A stretch of DNA of 64,000 nucleotides, from the NCBI GenBank assembly GCA_963733955.1, contig CAVTEW010000001.1, positions 745,639 to 809,638 on the forward strand, in the 5' to 3' direction. How positions within the stretch are numbered: position 1 is the stretch's first letter; the number at the start of each line of letters is the position of its first letter. Positions 29,997-38,722 of this stretch are shown in pieces. This DNA is from an uncultured Acidobacteriota bacterium. Its GTDB lineage: Bacteria > Acidobacteriota > Thermoanaerobaculia > UBA5066 > Gp7-AA6. Both the position numbers and the translations under genes were made by a program. The notes below the pieces were generated by a model that saw only the letters and a program-made list of their open reading frames with translations, was not told the DNA's origin and ran no database searches.

Positions 29997-32311
29997 TCGA
30001 GACACGGCCGTCCGGCGTCTCGAGCCGAAAATCGACCCTCTTGCTGTCGTTGGGATTCGCCCTCCTGATTCTCGCGTCCTACGCCGATCCCCTCTTTCAG
30101 CATCGGACGTTCTCCGGCCGCGATCTGCTCGCCTACAACCTGCCGATGGAGAAATCGATCCACGACGCCTACGCCCGCGGGCGGTTGCCGGTCTGGTCGC
30201 CCCACATCTCGGGAGGCAGGCCGCTGCTCCCGAATCCGAACGCGGGCGCGCTCTATCCGGTGCGCATCGGGCTCTCGGTGCTCACGTTCCCTGCCGCGGT
30301 GCGAGTCTTCCCGGCTCTCCACTGGATCGCGGCGGGAGTGGGCGTGATCCTGCTCCTGGGATCGTTGGGGACCTCCGCGGCCGCCTGTTGGATCGCCGCG
30401 GTGACCTACGTGTTCTCGGGAGTCGTCGTCTCGGAGGCGTACTTCCCGCACATTCTGCCCGGAATGACCTACCTGCCGTGGATTCTCTGGCTCTTGCATC
30501 GGCCGGCTCGTCCCCTGCGGCGGATCCTGGGGCTCTCGATGGTGATCGCCCTCGATCTGCTGGCCGCCGACGTCTTCACCATCGCGGTGGCCGTGGGGGC
30601 AGGCGTCCTCTGGATCGTTCTCGAGGAGGACGCCTCCCGGCAGCCATCGCTCCTGGCGCAGTTCGCGGCGGCGGGAGGCCTGGCTGTTCTCGCGGCCGCT
30701 CCGCAGATCGTCGCAACGGCGCTGTGGATCCCGGAGACGAACCGAAGCGTGCTGGGAATGCGCGTGTCGGAGGCCATCCTCTTCTCGATCCGACCGGAGC
30801 GTCTCCTCGAGCTCTTCATTCCGTTTCCTTTCGGCGCGACCTGGAAGCTCGAGACCTCCCAGATCTGGGGCTGGCCCGTGTTTCGCAACAAGGCCATGGG
30901 CCTCTTCGCCACGCTCTACGTGGGGAGTCTCGCTCCGATGGCCGTGGTCATGCTGTGGCGCTCGCGGCGCGGCGGAACGCGCTTCGCGCGAATCGCCGCG
31001 GTCGCGGCGGGCGCCCTGGCCATCGCGCCGAGCCTTCTTCCGGCGGCCTTATCGCGGCTGCGCTCCCCCATAGCCCTTCGCAATCCCGAGAAATTCGCGG
31101 TCCTGATCGCGCTCGGGCTGGCCATCCTCTGCGGGCAGGCCGTCGACACGGTTCGGGAAGGGCGCCGGGCCGGCTCCTGGACGACGATCCTGGGCGCCGT
31201 GCTCGCGGCCGCCGCTCTGGCGGCGTCGGCGTGGCCTGGAGCGTTCGCGCGGGCCGCGGTCGGGCTGGTCGGCGCCGATCCGGTGTTCCTGCCGGCGGCT
31301 CGCAGTCTCGTCGCTCCGGCGCTGGTGGAGGGAGCGCTCCTGTGGTGGATCACCCTTCTGGCCCTGGACGCGCTCACGGTGCGAAAGCGGTGGCGCCTGC
31401 TCGTCGCGTTGGCCTTGCTGACTCTGGTTCCGCTGACCAACCGCCGGATCGCTCAGACCTCCTCGGAGGATGCCGCCTTCGCGCCGACCGGCTTCGCCCG
31501 CCGGCTCCGGAAGCTGGATCCGCACAATAGCTATCGGACGCTCGGCGAGTCGATCTATTGGTTGGCGCCCAAGGTCCCGCAGGGAGACCTGGGGTGGAGC
31601 GAGATTCCGGGCCGCAAGTGGACGCAGCACACCCAGGTCCTCTGGGATCGGGGCACCGTCTTCAACGTTGATTTCGACGCCGGAGATCTGGCCAGGGTCG
31701 AGGGCCTGCGCCGCGTGTCGGCGGCTGCCGCCCTGTCGCCGGACTCTTCGCCCTTCTTCGGGAGTTTGAGCCTGCGCTGGGGCATCCGTCCCAGGGAACA
31801 GCCTCCGGTCCCCGGATACCGGCGCTTCGGCGGCGATCTGCTGCAGGATTGGGACGAGCACGAACGGCCGTTTCCGGATCTTCGGCTGGCCACCCGCTGG
31901 CGCGAGGAGCCGGATTCTCTCGCGGCGCTCCACGCGCTTCCGCACCTGGCCCCCGGGGAAATCGTCGTCGAGACGGGCCGGGCCCTGGTCGGATCGGCGC
32001 CCCCGGGCAAGATCCGGGTGATCGAGAAAGAGCCGGAGAGTCTCCGACTGGAGACAACCGCTTCGCAACCCACCTGGCTCTTCGTTCTGCGCGCCTTCTG
32101 GAATCACCGGTCGGTCTGGCTGGACGGCCGAAAAACGGAATATCAACCCGCGCAGCTCGCGTTTTCGGCTGTAGCGATCCCCGCGGGAGTGCATCGATTG
32201 GAATGGAGGGAAGCTCTGCCGGGCGGCAACGTCTCGCTCTGGGGCCCGGTCGCGTACGTTCTGGGTCTGGCCGGGCTGCTGGCCGCCGACCGAAGGAGGG
32301 GCGCGGCATGA
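29993..32311 (+). CDS. YfhO-family membrane protein, paralog 3 (tandem duplicate of paralog 2)
   Basis: ATGA overlap; colinear near-identical motifs (SGGRPLLPNPN, PQIVATALWIP, PFPFGATW, WLFVLR). Confidence 0.75.
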   Translation: MIETRPSGVSSRKSTLLLSLGFALLILASYADPLFQHRTFSGRDLLAYNLPMEKSIHDAYARGRLPVWSPHISGGRPLLPNPNAGALYPVRIGLSVLTFPAAVRVFPALHWIAAGVGVILLLGSLGTSAAACWIAAVTYVFSGVVVSEAYFPHILPGMTYLPWILWLLHRPARPLRRILGLSMVIALDLLAADVFTIAVAVGAGVLWIVLEEDASRQPSLLAQFAAAGGLAVLAAAPQIVATALWIPETNRSVLGMRVSEAILFSIRPERLLELFIPFPFGATWKLETSQIWGWPVFRNKAMGLFATLYVGSLAPMAVVMLWRSRRGGTRFARIAAVAAGALAIAPSLLPAALSRLRSPIALRNPEKFAVLIALGLAILCGQAVDTVREGRRAGSWTTILGAVLAAAALAASAWPGAFARAAVGLVGADPVFLPAARSLVAPALVEGALLWWITLLALDALTVRKRWRLLVALALLTLVPLTNRRIAQTSSEDAAFAPTGFARRLRKLDPHNSYRTLGESIYWLAPKVPQGDLGWSEIPGRKWTQHTQVLWDRGTVFNVDFDAGDLARVEGLRRVSAAAALSPDSSPFFGSLSLRWGIRPREQPPVPGYRRFGGDLLQDWDEHERPFPDLRLATRWREEPDSLAALHALPHLAPGEIVVETGRALVGSAPPGKIRVIEKEPESLRLETTASQPTWLFVLRAFWNHRSVWLDGRKTEYQPAQLAFSAVAIPAGVHRLEWREALPGGNVSLWGPVAYVLGLAGLLAADRRRGAA

Positions 32312-33711
32312 GCCGCCGAAGCCCCGCCGCCGCCGTGGCCGGCGTCGTCCTGCTGGCCTGCCTCGTCGCATGGGGATGCCGGCGGGCGGAGAAGGTCCCG
32401 GCAGCCACCGCGGAAAAGGATCTCACGCGTGCGCCGGAGGAGTGGCTGCGCGAGGAACCGATCCGCCTCCTCAGGGACGACATCCGGATCGTCACGACCG
32501 AGGCCAGGGGAGAACGCGAGGGCGCGGAGTTTCTCCAGCGCATCTTCGACTGCGCGGACATCCCCTCCGAGATCGTCTGTCCCGCGCCCGGTCGCTGCAA
32601 TCTCCTGGCTCGCCTCAAGGGAAAGACCAGCGAGGGAAGCCTTCTGCTCCTCAATCATCTCGACGTGGTCGACGCCTTTCCCCGGTTCTGGAAGGAGGCG
32701 GCCCCGTTCGAAGGGACCATCAAGAATGGGTACCTCTACGGCCGAGGGGCCTATGACATGAAGTCGCTGGCCATCGCGCAGGCTCTGGCGCTGCGGGCGA
32801 TTCGGGAGCGCGGCATCGTTCCGAAAACCGACATCCTGTTCCTGGGAGAGGCCGACGAAGAGGTCGGCCAGCGCTGGGGCTCCCGCTGGCTGCTGGAGAA
32901 CCGCCCGGAATGGTTTCGGGGCGTGACCAATGTGCTCAACGAGGGCGGGATCAACGAGATGATCCTGCGGGACGTGCGCTTCTGGGGGATCGAGACCCTT
33001 CAGTCCGGGTACGCGACGGGAGAGTTCGAAAGCGCCGATTCGCGGAAGCTCGTCGAGCTCGCCCGGGCCTGGCCGCGGATCGAGTCCTCCCCGAGAGAGC
33101 CCGAGCCGCAGGTGGTCGAAGCCTTCGGCCTGCTGGCCAACCACCTCTCCTACCCGCTCACGGACCCTCTGCGGCATCTCGACCGCGTCGTGCGCAATCC
33201 GGCCGAGTTGAAGGCCCTGCCCGATCGGTACGGCGCGTTTCTGGAGGCCCGGATCTTCTGGTCGGGGCCGTACCATTTCCCCCCCGATCCGAAGGCCCCG
33301 TTCCGCTGCTACGTCATCGTGTCCGTTCCTCCGCGGGTGGATCCCAAGCCCTTTCTGGATCCGATCGTCGAGTCGGCACCCGGTCGCGGCGTGCGCGTGG
33401 TGCATACCTTCTCCGGCGAACCGACCACGCCGAGCCCCTATCCGACGCCTCTGACCGATCTTCTGCGCCGGGTGACCGAGGCGGTCTACCCGGGAGTGCC
33501 GTTCGGTCCCCTGCCCACTTTCGGGGGCTACACCACCTCGACTCTCTTCCGGCAGCGCGGCTTCGCGGCCTACGGATATTCGCCGATCCCGATGAACATC
33601 ACCGACGAGGCGCGGCGCCACGGCAACGACGAGCGGATCTATCTCCGCGATTACCTCGACGGCGTCGCGCTGTATCGTGAGGCGCTGGTCGAGTACGCGC
33701 TCTCCAACTGA
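32308..33711 (+). CDS. M20/M28-family metallopeptidase, probable lipoprotein
   Basis: LVAWGC lipobox, NHLDVV, YLYGRGAYDMKS, DEE, NEGG, HGNDER. Confidence 0.85.
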   Translation: MSRRSPAAAVAGVVLLACLVAWGCRRAEKVPAATAEKDLTRAPEEWLREEPIRLLRDDIRIVTTEARGEREGAEFLQRIFDCADIPSEIVCPAPGRCNLLARLKGKTSEGSLLLLNHLDVVDAFPRFWKEAAPFEGTIKNGYLYGRGAYDMKSLAIAQALALRAIRERGIVPKTDILFLGEADEEVGQRWGSRWLLENRPEWFRGVTNVLNEGGINEMILRDVRFWGIETLQSGYATGEFESADSRKLVELARAWPRIESSPREPEPQVVEAFGLLANHLSYPLTDPLRHLDRVVRNPAELKALPDRYGAFLEARIFWSGPYHFPPDPKAPFRCYVIVSVPPRVDPKPFLDPIVESAPGRGVRVVHTFSGEPTTPSPYPTPLTDLLRRVTEAVYPGVPFGPLPTFGGYTTSTLFRQRGFAAYGYSPIPMNITDEARRHGNDERIYLRDYLDGVALYREALVEYALSN

Positions 33712-33794
33712 GCAACGTGCTTCCGGCAACGAATGTCAGCCGATGCGGCCTTTCCGTGACAAAAAGCGACAGGCGTCCTGGCATGTCGAAAACC

Positions 33795-33807
33795 TAAATC
33801 ATTGATA
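33795..33807 (-). promoter_or_regulatory. IHF binding site
   Basis: Minus strand TATCAATGATTTA matches WATCAANNNNTTR exactly and lies just upstream of a sigma54 site. Confidence 0.65.
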
Positions 33808-33833
33808 CAAGGCCATTTAATTTGGCGTGGCGC

Positions 33834-33848
33834 TGGCTCCGATCTTGC
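33834..33848 (+). promoter_or_regulatory. Sigma54 (-24/-12) promoter of the major pilin
   Basis: TGGCTC-CGATC-TTGC vs consensus TGGCAC-N5-TTGC; a PilR-type activator is encoded in the window. Confidence 0.75.
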
Positions 33849-33909
33849 GATCAATGCATCCCAGCTTGCAATTCAGCGAGACAGCAGAACCAACCCTAAA
33901 GGAGGCACG

Positions 33910-34395
33910 ATGAAGAAGCGGGAATCCGGTTTTACCCTGATCGAGCTGTTGATCGTCATTGCGATCATCGGCATCCTGGCTGCGATCGCCATTCCGAATC
34001 TGTTGAACGCCGTGCAGCGCGGCAAGCAGAAGCGGACCATGTCGGACATGCGCGCTCTGGCGACGGCGATCGAGGCCTACGCCGTCGACAACAACACGTA
34101 TCCGCCCGCGACCTGCAACGCCGGCATCTACACGGGCGACACGGACACCGCCCTGGACACCGGTTCCTTCACGAACCTGACCCCCACCTACATCGCCCAA
34201 CCCCCGAAGATCGACGGATGGGGCAACGCCATGCTCTATGCGCACGACGCACCCTTCAACAACTACCGCGTCACGTCCTACGGCCGCGATAAGAGCTCTA
34301 CCGGCTTGCTCTGCGGCACGACGACCGACTTCAACGACGACATCGTCTACGCCGACGGCACGTTCATTCAGTGGCCCGAAGGGACCCAGAACTAA
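33910..34395 (+). CDS. pilA: Type IV major pilin (GspG-like globular domain), 161 aa
   Basis: SD AAAGGAGG; MKKRESG|FTLIELLIVIAIIGILAAIAIP; DGWGN; two Cys; own promoter and terminator. Confidence 0.75.
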   Translation: MKKRESGFTLIELLIVIAIIGILAAIAIPNLLNAVQRGKQKRTMSDMRALATAIEAYAVDNNTYPPATCNAGIYTGDTDTALDTGSFTNLTPTYIAQPPKIDGWGNAMLYAHDAPFNNYRVTSYGRDKSSTGLLCGTTTDFNDDIVYADGTFIQWPEGTQN

Positions 34396-34432
34396 CGTCC
34401 ATTTCCCGCGTCTCATCGTCGTAGGTATGGAG

Positions 34433-34463
34433 AACGGTCCCGAGAAATCGGGACCGTTTTTTT
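34433..34463 (+). terminator. Rho-independent terminator after pilin 1
   Basis: AACGGTCCCGA-GAAA-TCGGGACCGTT followed by a T-run. Confidence 0.9.
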
Positions 34464-34949
34464 ATGAACACTCGCAGGAACGGGTTTACCTTGATCGAGC
34501 TCCTGATCGTCATCGCCATCCTCGGGATCCTGGCGGCGATCGCGATCCCGAACCTGTTGAACGCCGTGCAGCGCGGCAAGCAGAAACGCACGATGGCCGA
34601 CATGCACGCGTTGGCGACCGCGATCCAGGCCTACGAGGTGGACCACAGCGCCTTTCCGACCGCGTCGCGCACGGGATGAGAGTTTTTCACGCCGGGCGCG
34701 AGCCTGGCTCCGACCTCCTTCGCCGACCTGACACCGACCTATAGCGCCGAGCCCCCGAGGATCGACGGGTGGGGCCGTTTTTACACCTACTCGCTCGACG
34801 TGGACCGGCGAAACGACAACATCTGGAGCGCGGGGCGGGACGGCCTGTTCCAGGGCAGCCTGGGCTGTGGAACGACCACGGATTTCAACGACGACATCGT
34901 GTATTCCGACGGTACGTTCATCCAGTGGCCGGAGGGCCTTCAGCAATAG
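34464..34949 (+). pseudogene. Second pilin paralog with an in-frame TGA at 34677-34679 (pseudogene, silent copy or selenoprotein)
   Basis: The same frame continues after the TGA (EFFTPGASLAPTSFADLTPTY...GCGTTTDFNDDIVYSDGTFIQWPEGLQQ) to TAG 34949. Length 486 nt, identical to pilin 1. Confidence 0.8.
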
Positions 34950-34996
34950 CGGCGCGCCCGGCCGCCCCGGCCGGCTCGTCCCTTAGAATCAAGTTC

Positions 34997-37204
34997 GTGA
35001 CCGCGCGCCGCTGGCTGCTTTCCGGAGGCCTGGCCGCGGCCGGTTTTCTGCCCGCGGTGTTCTGGCTGTGGCCGGCCCTGGCGCACGGTCAGGCCCCGTC
35101 GTTTCGGGACCAGGGAGACTTCTTCTATCCGCTCAAGCTCTATACGGCGGGACGGATTCGAGAGGGCGCGATCCCATTCTGGAACCCACTCTCTGGAACC
35201 GGCGAGCCCTGGCTCGCGAACCTGCAATCGGGAGTCTTCTACCCTCCGACCTTCTTTTTTCTCCTGCGCTCGCCGGCGCTGGCCGCGGCGCTGTTTCTCC
35301 TGTTCCACTTCGGCCTGGCCGCCTGGGGAATGCGCCGCTTTCTGCTCGAGGAGGCGGTCTCCGAGGCCGGCGCCCTGGTCGGGACCGCCGTGTACTGCGC
35401 CGGAGGGCTGGCGGTGTCCCTGTCGGCCTACTGGAACCATTTCGGGGGGTGGGCCTATCTGCCGGCCATTCTCGGCCTCGCGCGGTCCGGCCTGACGTCG
35501 CGCCCCGCCCGCGTGGGACTGGCCTTCCTGGTGGGACTGCAGGCCATGGCCGGGAGCCCGGAGCTCTCCGGCGCGACGCTCGCGGCGGCCCTCCTGTTCG
35601 CTTTCGTCCCTCGGTCCAACCCGGAGGAACCGTGGGCTCCGACGACGCCGCGGCGCGGTGCGTCCCGGCTGGCACTGGCCGGGCTCCTCGGGCTCGCCTT
35701 GGCCGGGTGGGCGCTCGTCCCGGCCGGCGAGCTGTGGTGGCACTCCGACCGGCGCGCCGCGCTCTCGCAGCCGGACCGCGAGGGCGGCGCGGCGGGAACG
35801 AAAGCCGTGACCTCGGCCCTGGGCCTGTCTTCCGAGAACGCCACCTCCTATCTCTCGACGCTCTACTTCGGCCCGGCCGCCCTCTTCGCCGCGGCGGCCG
35901 CGTTCTCCGAAAAGCAGCGCCGGAATCTCCTGCGCGTCGTCGCGCTGATGGGGCTGGTGGGGATACTCGCCGCGGCCGCGGGCCCTCCGGGAACCTGGCT
36001 GCGCCAGCTCCCGCCGCTCGATCGCGTTCGCTACCCGTCCAAGGCGCTGGTGTGGACCTCGTTCGCGGTCGCCGCGCTCGCGGGACTGGGAGCCGACCGG
36101 CTCCGATTCGCCGGAGACGCCGGCCGCCGGTGGAGGATCGTCCTCGGCGCCGCCGGCGCGGCGGCACTGGTCTTGTGCGCGGCGGCACGACAGCCGTTGC
36201 CGGTCCGGGCGCTCTCGGCGGCGGCCGCCGCGGCGTTTCTCGCGCTGGGCCAGGGGGCGGGGCGATTGCGGATCGGCGGCGCGCTCGCGGGAATCGGCGC
36301 GCTCGCGCTGACGGCGGCCCTCGCCCTCGCCGGAGCGCCGGCGTTCGCGTTCGTGCCGGAGGCCGAGATTCGCCGCGAGCCCGCGGAGGTCGCGCCGCTC
36401 TCGCGCGTGCCCGGGCGCATCCTGACGCCTCCGGGAGAAGAGCTGGCCCTGCGGGCAATCGCGCGCGGCGTCTTCAACCCGCAATCCCTGCGCGCGCAGC
36501 GGGAGTCGCTGGTGGGGTACACGAATCTCCTGTTCGGCATCTCCACGGTTCGCACGGCGGCCGCCCTTCCCACGGTCGGGGCCCGGACGATCGCCGACAC
36601 CATCGACTCGGCCGACGACCCGGTGCGCGCGGCGGCTCCGGCGAGCGCGCGGGTTCTGTGGACGCCGTTCCGTCCGGCCTCTCTTCCGTCGCACAAGGTG
36701 GGGGAGTACTACCGGGTTCCGCTGGCCCCCTACCGTTCGCGGCTCTCGTTCGTGCGGACGTTCCGCGTCGAGCCCGATGCGGCCAGCGCCTGGCGGCGCG
36801 CCGCGGGCGGACAGATCGATCTGGACGGGGGGGTCTTCCTGGATCGGCCGCCGGGGATCTCCCTGGCCGGCGTCTCCTCGCGGCCGCTCCTGGTCGCGCA
36901 CGTGGCCGAGGACAGCCCCGAGCGCGTCGTCGCCGAGGTGACCACCAACGGTCCCGGCCTCCTGGTCCTGACCGACCTGTTCTATCCCGGTTGGATCGCC
37001 GAGGTGGACAAAGCGCGGGCCGACCTTCTCAGGGCCGACGGGTTCTTCCGGGCGGTGGCCCTGGGCGGCGGAACGCACCGGGTCGTTTTTCGATACATGC
37101 CCATTTCGTTCTACGCCGGGGCGGGTCTCTCCGCGGTCGCCGCGGCCTTTCTCGTGCTTCGTCTCCTTCTGGCCGGGCGCGACGACGCCCGCTCGCTGCT
37201 GTGA
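34997..37204 (+). CDS. YfhO-family membrane protein, paralog 4
   Basis: FRDQGDFFYP...GAIPFWNPLSGTGEPWLAN..SGVFYPP, VRYPSK, DLFYPGWIAEVD...GTHRVVFRY. Confidence 0.8.
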   Translation: MTARRWLLSGGLAAAGFLPAVFWLWPALAHGQAPSFRDQGDFFYPLKLYTAGRIREGAIPFWNPLSGTGEPWLANLQSGVFYPPTFFFLLRSPALAAALFLLFHFGLAAWGMRRFLLEEAVSEAGALVGTAVYCAGGLAVSLSAYWNHFGGWAYLPAILGLARSGLTSRPARVGLAFLVGLQAMAGSPELSGATLAAALLFAFVPRSNPEEPWAPTTPRRGASRLALAGLLGLALAGWALVPAGELWWHSDRRAALSQPDREGGAAGTKAVTSALGLSSENATSYLSTLYFGPAALFAAAAAFSEKQRRNLLRVVALMGLVGILAAAAGPPGTWLRQLPPLDRVRYPSKALVWTSFAVAALAGLGADRLRFAGDAGRRWRIVLGAAGAAALVLCAAARQPLPVRALSAAAAAAFLALGQGAGRLRIGGALAGIGALALTAALALAGAPAFAFVPEAEIRREPAEVAPLSRVPGRILTPPGEELALRAIARGVFNPQSLRAQRESLVGYTNLLFGISTVRTAAALPTVGARTIADTIDSADDPVRAAAPASARVLWTPFRPASLPSHKVGEYYRVPLAPYRSRLSFVRTFRVEPDAASAWRRAAGGQIDLDGGVFLDRPPGISLAGVSSRPLLVAHVAEDSPERVVAEVTTNGPGLLVLTDLFYPGWIAEVDKARADLLRADGFFRAVALGGGTHRVVFRYMPISFYAGAGLSAVAAAFLVLRLLLAGRDDARSLL

Positions 37205-37992
37205 GCGTTCCGTTCCTCGAGCTGGGACCCTTTCTGGCGATCGCCGCGGGGGTCGCGGGCCTGGTGGTGGGCAGCTTCCTGAACGTCCTCATCCATCGCC
37301 TTCCTCGCGGGGAGTCGGTCGTGTTCCCCTCCTCCCACTGCCCGGCCTGCGCGGCGCCGATCGGCCCCTGGGACAACGTCCCCCTTCTCTCCTGGATCCT
37401 GCTGCGCGCCCGATGCCGGGCCTGCCGCGCGCCCATCTCCGCGCGCTATCCCGCCGTCGAGCTCGCCAATGCGGCGCTCTGGGTCTTCGTCTCCCTGTTT
37501 GCCCGCGACTGGTCCGATCTCGTTGCCGGAGCCTTCCTCTGCTCGGCCTGCCTGGCTCTGGCGGCTATCGACGCGGAGTTCCAGATCCTCCCGGACCGCA
37601 TCACGCTTCCGGGCATCGCGGTCGGCCTCGCGCTCTCGTTCTTTTCGACGGTCCGCTCCCCGCTCTCGGCCTTTCTCGGCGCGGCGCTCGGAGCGGGATC
37701 GCTCTTTCTCGTGGCCTTCCTCTACGAGCGGATCGCCGGGCAGGAGGGGATGGGCCTGGGAGACGTCAAGATGCTCGGCATGGCCGGAGCTTTTCTCGGT
37801 CCTTCGGGCGTTCTCATCACGGTCCTGCTGTCCTCGGTCGCCGGGAGCGTGGTGGGGCTGGCGCTCATGGCCGCCGGGAAGGGAGACCGAAAGCTGCGAC
37901 TCCCTTTCGGCGTCTTCCTGGCCATGGGGGCCGTGGCGACCTACTTCTTCGGAGAGTCCCTGGTCGCGCGGTATCGGTCGATGTGGGGATAA
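37201..37992 (+). CDS. pilD: Prepilin peptidase/N-methyltransferase
   Basis: GSFLNVLIHRLP, two CxxC motifs, DNVPLLSW, AIDAE..ILPD, GMGLGDVK, PFGVFL. Confidence 0.93.
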   Translation: MSVPFLELGPFLAIAAGVAGLVVGSFLNVLIHRLPRGESVVFPSSHCPACAAPIGPWDNVPLLSWILLRARCRACRAPISARYPAVELANAALWVFVSLFARDWSDLVAGAFLCSACLALAAIDAEFQILPDRITLPGIAVGLALSFFSTVRSPLSAFLGAALGAGSLFLVAFLYERIAGQEGMGLGDVKMLGMAGAFLGPSGVLITVLLSSVAGSVVGLALMAAGKGDRKLRLPFGVFLAMGAVATYFFGESLVARYRSMWG

Positions 37993-38397
37993 AACCGTCG
38001 CCTCCGCTTGCTTCGGATCTGCGCCCTTCGGGCGCACCGGTCCGCGGCTCGGCCGGATGCGGCCTCGACCACGGCCCTGATCCGTCGCTGCGCTCCGGCT
38101 CCCGCGTCGCGCGCCTCCTCCTTCGCTTCCGCTCAGGAGACTACGCGCGCCGCGAACCGGGGCAGGAACGTGGGCCCTTCGCGGCGCGACCAAGTTTCGC
38201 GGATTGGATCCGCGAAACGACTCGCGCTGCGGGAGCCGGAGCGGAGGCAAGAGGTCAGGCCTGCGGTCGAGGCCCTTTGGCCGAGCCGCAGGCCGGTGCG
38301 CCGCAGGCGCAGACCTTTTCCCGAAGCGAAGGCGACGTGCCTCCCGCGTCGCGCGCCTCCTCCTTCGCTTCCGCTCAGGAGACTACGCGCGCCGCGA
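37993..38397. repeat. Cluster of structured dispersed repeats: full copy 37993-38163, inverted partial 38229-38339, partial 38341-38397
   Basis: ctcccgcgtcgcgcgcctcctccttcgcttccgctcaggagactacgcgcgccgcga occurs twice; homologous to the reverse complement of 55355-55521. Confidence 0.85.
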
Positions 38398-38464
38398 GCT
38401 TAAGAGTGTTTACTTCGGGTTAAAGAATTCTCTTGACTAGGGTTTGAGAGCGGGCCATCTTTCG

Positions 38465-38699
38465 ACGCCTCACGCCTCACGCCTCACGCCTCACGCCTCA
38501 CGCCTCACGCCTCACGCCTCACGCCTCACGCCTCACGCCTCACGCCTCACGCCTCACGCCTCACGCCTCACGCCTCACGCCTCACGCCTCACGCCTCACG
38601 CCTCACGCCTCACGCCTCACGCCTCACGCCTCACGCCTCACGCCTCACGCCTCACGCCTCACGCCTCACGCCTCACGCCTCACGCCTCACGCCTCACGC
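38465..38699 (+). repeat. Perfect heptanucleotide tandem repeat (ACGCCTC)x33
   Basis: Directly visible; ends just before TACAAT (38702) and the kinase ATG (38723). Confidence 0.97.
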
Positions 38700-38722
38700 T
38701 CTACAATGCTCCGTAGATTCGT

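Noticed and set aside
33910-34395. T2SS GspG pseudopilin operon
   Set aside because: The fold motif is GspG-like, but the sigma54 promoter, PilT ATPases, PilVWX-Y1 and PilS/R context favour a type IV pilin; no gspD/E/F here.
38444-38716. 90-aa ORF (TPHASRL)n
   Set aside because: Translation of the heptamer repeat; no evidence of coding.
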